From positions 2,182,844-2,246,843 of the forward strand of contig MU057711.1 of the NCBI GenBank assembly GCA_013265495.1: DNA of 64,000 nucleotides, given 5' to 3'. This document shows positions 58,201 through 64,000 of the stretch, piece after piece (the stretch's first letter is position 1; the number at the start of each line of letters is the position of its first letter). The DNA is from Vicugna vicugna. Its lineage: Eukaryota. The notes beneath the pieces are model-generated. The model saw nothing but the letters and a program-made list of their open reading frames with translations, made no database searches and was not told the DNA's origin. The position numbers and the translations under genes are program-made.

Positions 58201-59547
58201 TGAAATGAATTATGATTTGAGAAGCTGTACAAAGATGATATATTATAACTCATTCTTTTTTAGCCATTAATTCACAGATACTGATTAATCATTGAACACT
58301 CATTATGGTTGCGTGTTCTCAGATTCAGTTTTAGAACTTTGAACAAGGTCAATAATCTTGTTTTGCTCTGGTCATAGTCCCTCATTAATTACTGAGAGTG
58401 AGTAACTCTGTCTTAAATATTTTCTAGAGCACTCGGAGAAATAGCTTTCAGCATATCTCAAATTTGTTATGTAGGCTAGTTCCAAAACAGACTGGGGGTT
58501 ACAAATTTAAAACTGTTCCCTCTCATGATGTCTCCAAGGTTGTTTGGGATTTTTTTTTGGTAAATCGTCACCTTGTCAATTTCTATTTGTGGCATACAGT
58601 GTGTGCCTCTCAGAGCCCTAGGCTGTATTCTGTGACTCCATTTTCCTGGCTGTGTAATATATCCATTTGTCCTCATTCTGCAAACTTCAGTTGGCTTTTT
58701 TTTTTTTACCTCTGCCCAACAAATATGGAAATTGCCCCCCTTATTTTGGCCCCCTTTTTCAAAACTTATCAGACCATCCCCAAACTCCAGGGTAACTCTG
58801 GAACTTAAATTATTCAAATTTTTCTTGAATGAGATGCCTTTTAGACTGGATACACGATAACAATTAGGGAAAAACTTGGCTCCCTTTGTCATGCATTTTA
58901 CTGTAGAAAAGGCCCTCATGGCTTGGCTTACGCATGTCTGGAAGTTGGCTTCTTTGCTGTGAGACAGTCAATGCATGATATGGAAGTTCAGAACATATTT
59001 AGTTCTGTCTGTAGCAATTCTTTTGTTGAAGATGCTTGTCACCAAACATCCTGGAGGGGGATGGAGTGGAAATGAATAACAGACTGGGGTGTTGCTTGGA
59101 TGGGGAAGGCAGAGTACTGCCTAAATTAGTGCTGAAGAAGTGATTTTACTTTACAAACCATTACAGTGTGAAGTCACGGGGGCTATTTTGTTCTGTTGTA
59201 TATGTGTGTTTAAGCAATGCATTTATAGAGTAAAATTATTTTTTAAACAGTTCAAATGGGTATAAAATGAGATGAAAGTCTCCCTCTTTCCTGGATTCCT
59301 AGTTCTTTTGTTTTCCTCCCCGGACTTCTGTCAGTCTCTGGTATATCCTTCTAGAGAAATTCTCCATTTATGCAGATACACACACACACACACAACTAGT
59401 AGCATAACACTGTTGTCTACTTTGTATTCTCTGTTGTGCTTTTTCATAACAATATACTCATTCAACAGACATTTACTGGGCACCTATTATATGCTGGATC
59501 CTGTTCTAAGTTCTCAGGCTAGAACAATGAACAAAACAAACAAATGA

Positions 59548-60130
59548 TGTTGGTTTTCTATTGCTGAGTAACAAATTACCACAAACTTAGCAGCTAAGAA
59601 TAGCAGACATTATTATCTCTCAGTTTCAGTGGGTCAAGGGTCTGGGCACCGCTTAGTTGAGTTTTCTGCTTCAGGCTCTCGCCAGGCTGCAGTCAGAGGG
59701 TCTGCAGGGCTGTGTTCTCATCCGGAGGCTCAACTGAATTCTTTGTCTGTTTCCAGGCTCCCTCCAGTTGTTGGTAGAATTCATTTCCTTGTGGTGACTG
59801 GACTGAGAGCTTCAGTTTTTCAACTGGCTATTGGTCAGAGGTGCTCAGTTTCTGGCTGCTGCCCTCAGACAGTTCACAGACGGCAGCTTCCTCTTTCAAA
59901 GCCAGCAGGAGAGTGAGAGTGAGTCAGCTACCAAGACGAAGTCTTATAATATATAGCATAACCATGGGAATAACAGCCCATCATTCTGCCATATTCTATT
60001 GATTAGAGACAAGTCACGGGCCCCACTCACACAGAAGAGGAGGGAATTACACAAAGATGTGAACACCTTTCACATGTATTTGAAGTGGGGCTCATGGGTT
60101 GGGGAGGGGGTGCATCTTAAAGTCCATCTG
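59548..60130 (-). mobile_element. MLT1-family MaLR solo LTR
   Basis: ttttctattgctgagtaacaaattaccacaaacttagc...gttggtagaattcatttccttgtgg...agggaattacacaaag. Confidence 0.8.
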
Positions 60131-60149
60131 GCTTGCAAACCAAAGCCCT

Positions 60150-61200
60150 GTTTTCATGGAGCTTATATTATAGTCAGGGAAGACAGAGAACAAAGGAGTA
60201 GACAAAGAAATGTTCGGTGCTGCAGGTAAGTGCTAACACAGAACAATAAAGCTGGCTAAATGGAACAGAAGTGAAGGAGTGTTGTTGCAGAAAAGTGTGG
60301 TCAGGGCAGGCCTCCCGGGGGCAGCAATGTGGGAGCAGAACCCTGGAGGATGAGAGACAGCTGTACAGAGAGCACAGAGAGAAGTGGGCTTCAGCCTAAG
60401 GCAGCAAGTGCACAGGCCCTACCTGGTGGGCATCCTGAAAAGTTCTGTAACAGTCAGCCCACCCATGTGGCTGCAGCCATGGCTCAGGTGGTAGGACACA
60501 AGGCCAGAGAGGAGATGGGGGTCAGATCAGGTAGAGCCTGGTGGATGTAAGGATCTCTGAGCCAGATGCAGAGCCGTTGGAAAATTGGGGCAGAGGAGAA
60601 ACACTGTTTGGCTTACCTTTGCAAAAGATCATCTTGTTCCTGGAGCGAGAACAGACTGAAGGGAGGCGTCGGTGGAAGCAGGGAAACCAGTTTGTAGGCT
60701 GTTTTACTAATCTGGGCAGGAAGCAACGTTGGTTTGGATCAAAGTGGTGTTGGTGTGTTTCCTGTAAAGTAGGCGGCTATCGTCTGAGGTAGAGCCTGCA
60801 GCACTGAGGGTGGGAAGGAGAGAGAAATTTAAGGGTGATGATGGCGAGGATTTTGGCCACTTGAAGAATGGAGTCACCATGTACTGAGATGCAGAACACA
60901 GTGAGGGGAATGGGTTTTGCCAGAAAAAAATCTAGAGTTTGATTTTATTATACACTTTAAGAAGGAGGATATAGTCAAATTCATATTTTAAAAATTTCAG
61001 CCTGGGTGCTGTGAGATGTGGGATGGAGAAGTTTAAGTGTGGACACTCTGAGACCCCACTGGGAAAGGTATTGTTGTGGCCGAGGCAACAAGTGTTGGTG
61101 GCCAGGACTCAGCAGACAGGATGGGAGTAGAGGGAAGTGAATGGGCTTGGGATGTGTTCTGGAGGTTGTCTAAATGTAGTAGGAACGGTTTCGTTGGGAG
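60150..61200. mobile_element. L2 LINE fragments
   Basis: catggagcttatattatagtc, ggtcagggcaggcctc, aaagatcatcttg, ggatgtgttctggagg motifs. Confidence 0.55.
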
Positions 61201-61315
61201 GAAGACCAAACTTGTCTGATAGGCATAAAACAGAAGGTGACTCCCAACATAGGACAAGAACAAGAGTAAAACTGGATTCTCCGCAGGGGCTTTGGAAACT
61301 TCTTTCATGACCAAG

Positions 61316-61694
61316 TGCCTTAGTCAGTCCAGGCTGCTATAACAGAATACCACAGGGTGGCTTATAAGCAATAGAAATTTCTTTCTCACACTTCTGGAGG
61401 CTGGAAGCCTAAGATCAGGGTTCCAGCACGGTCAGGTTCCGGTGAGGACCCTCTTCCAGGTTGCTGACTACCAATTTCTCTATGTATCCTCAAGTGGTGG
61501 AGAGCAGAGAGAGGATGCAAGTTCTCCTATGCCTCTTATAAGGGCACCAATCCCATTCATCAGGGCTCCACACTCATGACCTCATCTAATCCTAATCCTA
61601 TACCCAAAGGTCCCCCTACTCCTATACCATCACATCCAGGAGTAGGGTTTCAACATAGGAATTTTGGGAAGACATAAACATTCAGTCCATAATA
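61316..61694 (-). mobile_element. MLT1A/MLT1A0 LTR (3' LTR of a MaLR element)
   Basis: tgccttagtcagtccaggctgctataacagaatacc...cataaacattcagtccataata, about 380 bp. Confidence 0.88.
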
Positions 61695-63180
61695 TCCTGT
61701 CCCTGGATTCCCCCAAATTCATGTCCTCTCACATGCACAATACATTGATTCCATCCCCCAAGTCTCAAAGGTCTTAAACTCATTCCAGCATCAACTCTGA
61801 AGTCCAAAGTCTCATCTAAATATCATCCAGATCAGGTATGGGTGGGAATCTAGGTATGATTCATCCTGAGGTTAATTCCTTTCCAGTTATGAACCTGTGA
61901 AACCAAATTATGTGCTTCTAAAATATGATGATCGGACAAGCATAGAACAGACATTCCCATTCTAAAAGGTAGAAATAGGGAAGAAGGCAGGGGTGATGGA
62001 TTCCAAGCAAGTCCAGAATCTAGCAAGGCAAACTCCATAAGCTTTTAAGGCTCCAGAGTAACCCTCTTTGGCTCCATGCTCTCCCCTCCAGGTCTACGTG
62101 AGCAGAAATCTCACCTTTCTGACCCACTGGGGCAGTGGTCCCACCTCCACTGGGGTGACCATACTGCTTCTGTAGCTCTAATAGGTAGGAGTCAGCCTCC
62201 AGGGCTCTGGCACAAAGTCCCATCCCCACAACTCTGGGCAGCCCTGCCCCTCCCTGGTCTGGGCAGAGGCTGTCTGGCCTGTTGGAAGCAAGGCAATGGT
62301 CCCCTTTTCTGAAACCAAGGAGGCAGCCCTGATGATCTCTGAATCTCTTCTGAGGTCACTCTTTCCTTGTCTCGAAGAATATAATAGCACATGATCTCAT
62401 ATGGTCTCATCCTGTACAATCCATGAAGTCTGACAGCCTTCCTTCATTCCTTCCCATTTCATTCTCCTTCAGTTCAGACCAGCAGTTTTCCTCCTGAAGT
62501 GGCTGATTAGTGGTTCACAACCAGTCATTTCCCAATGACCCAAATGGTTGTTTGGCCATAACATTAGTGTTCTCTCCCTCTCTCTCTTTTTTTGCAATAT
62601 GCATAGGCTGAGAATTTCCCAAATCACTACGTTCTATTTCCTTTTTTGCATAACAATTCTGTCTTTAAGTCATTTCTCTCTTCTTGAATTTTACTATAAG
62701 CAGCCAGGAGGAGCCAAGCCACACCTTCAACACTTTTTTTAGAAATTGCTTCAGTTAAATATCCAATTTCATCACTTGCAAGTTTTACCTTTCACAAAAC
62801 ACTGGAACACAAACACAATTCAGCCACATTCTCAGCCACAAAAACAAGGATGGCCTTTCCTCCAGTTTCCAATAACATGCTCTTCATTTGTGTCTGAGAC
62901 GTCAGCAGAATGTCCTTTACCATCTGTATTTCTACCAACATACTGTTCATGACTTCTTGGGTATTCCCAAAGAAGACAGACTTTCTCTACAGATCTCCTC
63001 TTTACTTTGAGCTGTCACCAGAATGACCTTCAAAGGGCCATTTGTGCTGGTGCAGGTTTTTTCTAGCATGCATCTCCAAAATCCTCCAGTGTCTATCCAT
63101 TTCCCAGTTTCAAAGCTGCTTCCACATTTTTTGGTATTTTTTGTTACTGCAGCACACTTAACTTCTCAGCATCAATCTTC
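61695..63180 (-). mobile_element. MLT1A-type MaLR internal region
   Basis: The minus strand begins gaagattgatgctgagaag...aatgtggaagcagctttgaaactggg and ends at the purine tract gggggaatccagggacagga abutting the LTR. Confidence 0.8.
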
Positions 63181-63705
63181 TGTATCAGCCAGGGTCCTCC
63201 AGAGAAACAGAACCAGGAAGATGTGTATAGTATCTATTATTTGGACTTACTGTATGTATCATATACAACCAGATATGGAGATTTATTATGAGGAATTGGC
63301 TTATGCTATTGTGAAGACTGAGATGTTCCCCATGATCTGCTGTCTGCAAGCTGGAGACCAAGGAAAACCAGTGGTATAATTTAGTCCAAGTCTGAATGCT
63401 TGGCAACCAGGGATGCCAATGGCGTAAATCCCAGACCAAGGGATGGAAAAGATGAGATGTCTCAGCTCAGTCAGCAAGGGATGAAAAAAGGAATTCCTCC
63501 TTCCTCTGCTTTTTGTTCTATTCAGGCCCTTAACCCATAGGATAAGTCCCACCCACACTGGGGAGGGCAATCTACCGAGTCCACTGATTAAAATCAAATG
63601 TTTGCTGAGCTTATCCGAAAGCATCCTCACAGACACACCCAGCAGAAATGCTTAATCTGGGCACTCCATGGTCAGTCAAGTTGATACATAAAATTAGCCA
63701 TCATA
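63181..63705 (-). mobile_element. MLT2 (ERVL) LTR
   Basis: tgtatcagccagggtcctccagagaaacagaacc...gatttattatgaggaattggc...caagttgatacataaaattagccatcata. Confidence 0.87.
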
Positions 63706-63825
63706 CCAGTTACCTATGCTTCGAGGAGAAGTTCTGGACTGCATTTTAAGTTATGTAGGTTCTAGAAAGAGAATGTTCTAGAGTGAGCCTTTGAATTTTA
63801 GGAAGAGTCTTTGTTGCTTTTGTTG

Positions 63826-63960
63826 CTTTCTTTTCTTTTCTTTCTTTTTTTAGAGGGGAGGTAATTAGACTTATTTACTTATTTAATGGACGACTGGGAA
63901 TTGAATCCAGGTCCTCATGCATGCTAAGCATGTGCTCTACTGCTGAGCTATACCCTCCCT
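63826..63960 (-). mobile_element. Vic-1-like SINE, long form
   Basis: Reverse complement agggagggtatagctcagcagtagagcacatgcttagcatgcatgagg...tctaattacctcccc plus an A tail. Confidence 0.85.
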
Positions 63961-64000
63961 TCTAAGGCTTTGTCTTTAGAAGTGGAAGTTCTCTGCTTGG

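Noticed and set aside
58476..58919. 147-aa minus-strand ORF with an overlapping 114-aa plus-strand ORF
   Set aside because: No recognisable domain, promoter or splice context; length is compatible with chance in 64 kb.

Overview
Mammalian genomic DNA, most likely a camelid (Camelus/Vicugna/Lama), inferred from nine copies of a tRNA-Ala(AGC)-derived Vic-1-like SINE and young artiodactyl-type L1 3' ends. The window holds one complete protein-coding gene, HEATR3 (+ strand, CpG-island promoter, 15 coding exons at 6790-39280, all GT-AG, 2043 nt = 680 aa + stop, AATAAA at 39939). The rest is intronic or intergenic DNA rich in L1, L2, MIR, hAT and Tigger DNA transposons, and MaLR/ERVL LTRs. I found no evidence of a wholly new biological system. 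The most notable observations are: (i) a 5'-truncated processed pseudogene of a strongly diverged FBXO27-like F-box lectin, inserted with TSDs into a near-full-length Tigger1 downstream of HEATR3; (ii) an apparently hybrid LTR element in which a MaLR internal region is bounded by an ERVL-type MLT2 LTR on one side and an MLT1A LTR on the other; (iii) inverted lineage-specific SINE pairs flanking HEATR3 exons 11 and 12 and next to the promoter; (iv) atypical or tandem splice sites; (v) exon-like minus-strand segments upstream of the promoter. Repeat family names come from remembered consensus motifs and their boundaries are approximate.
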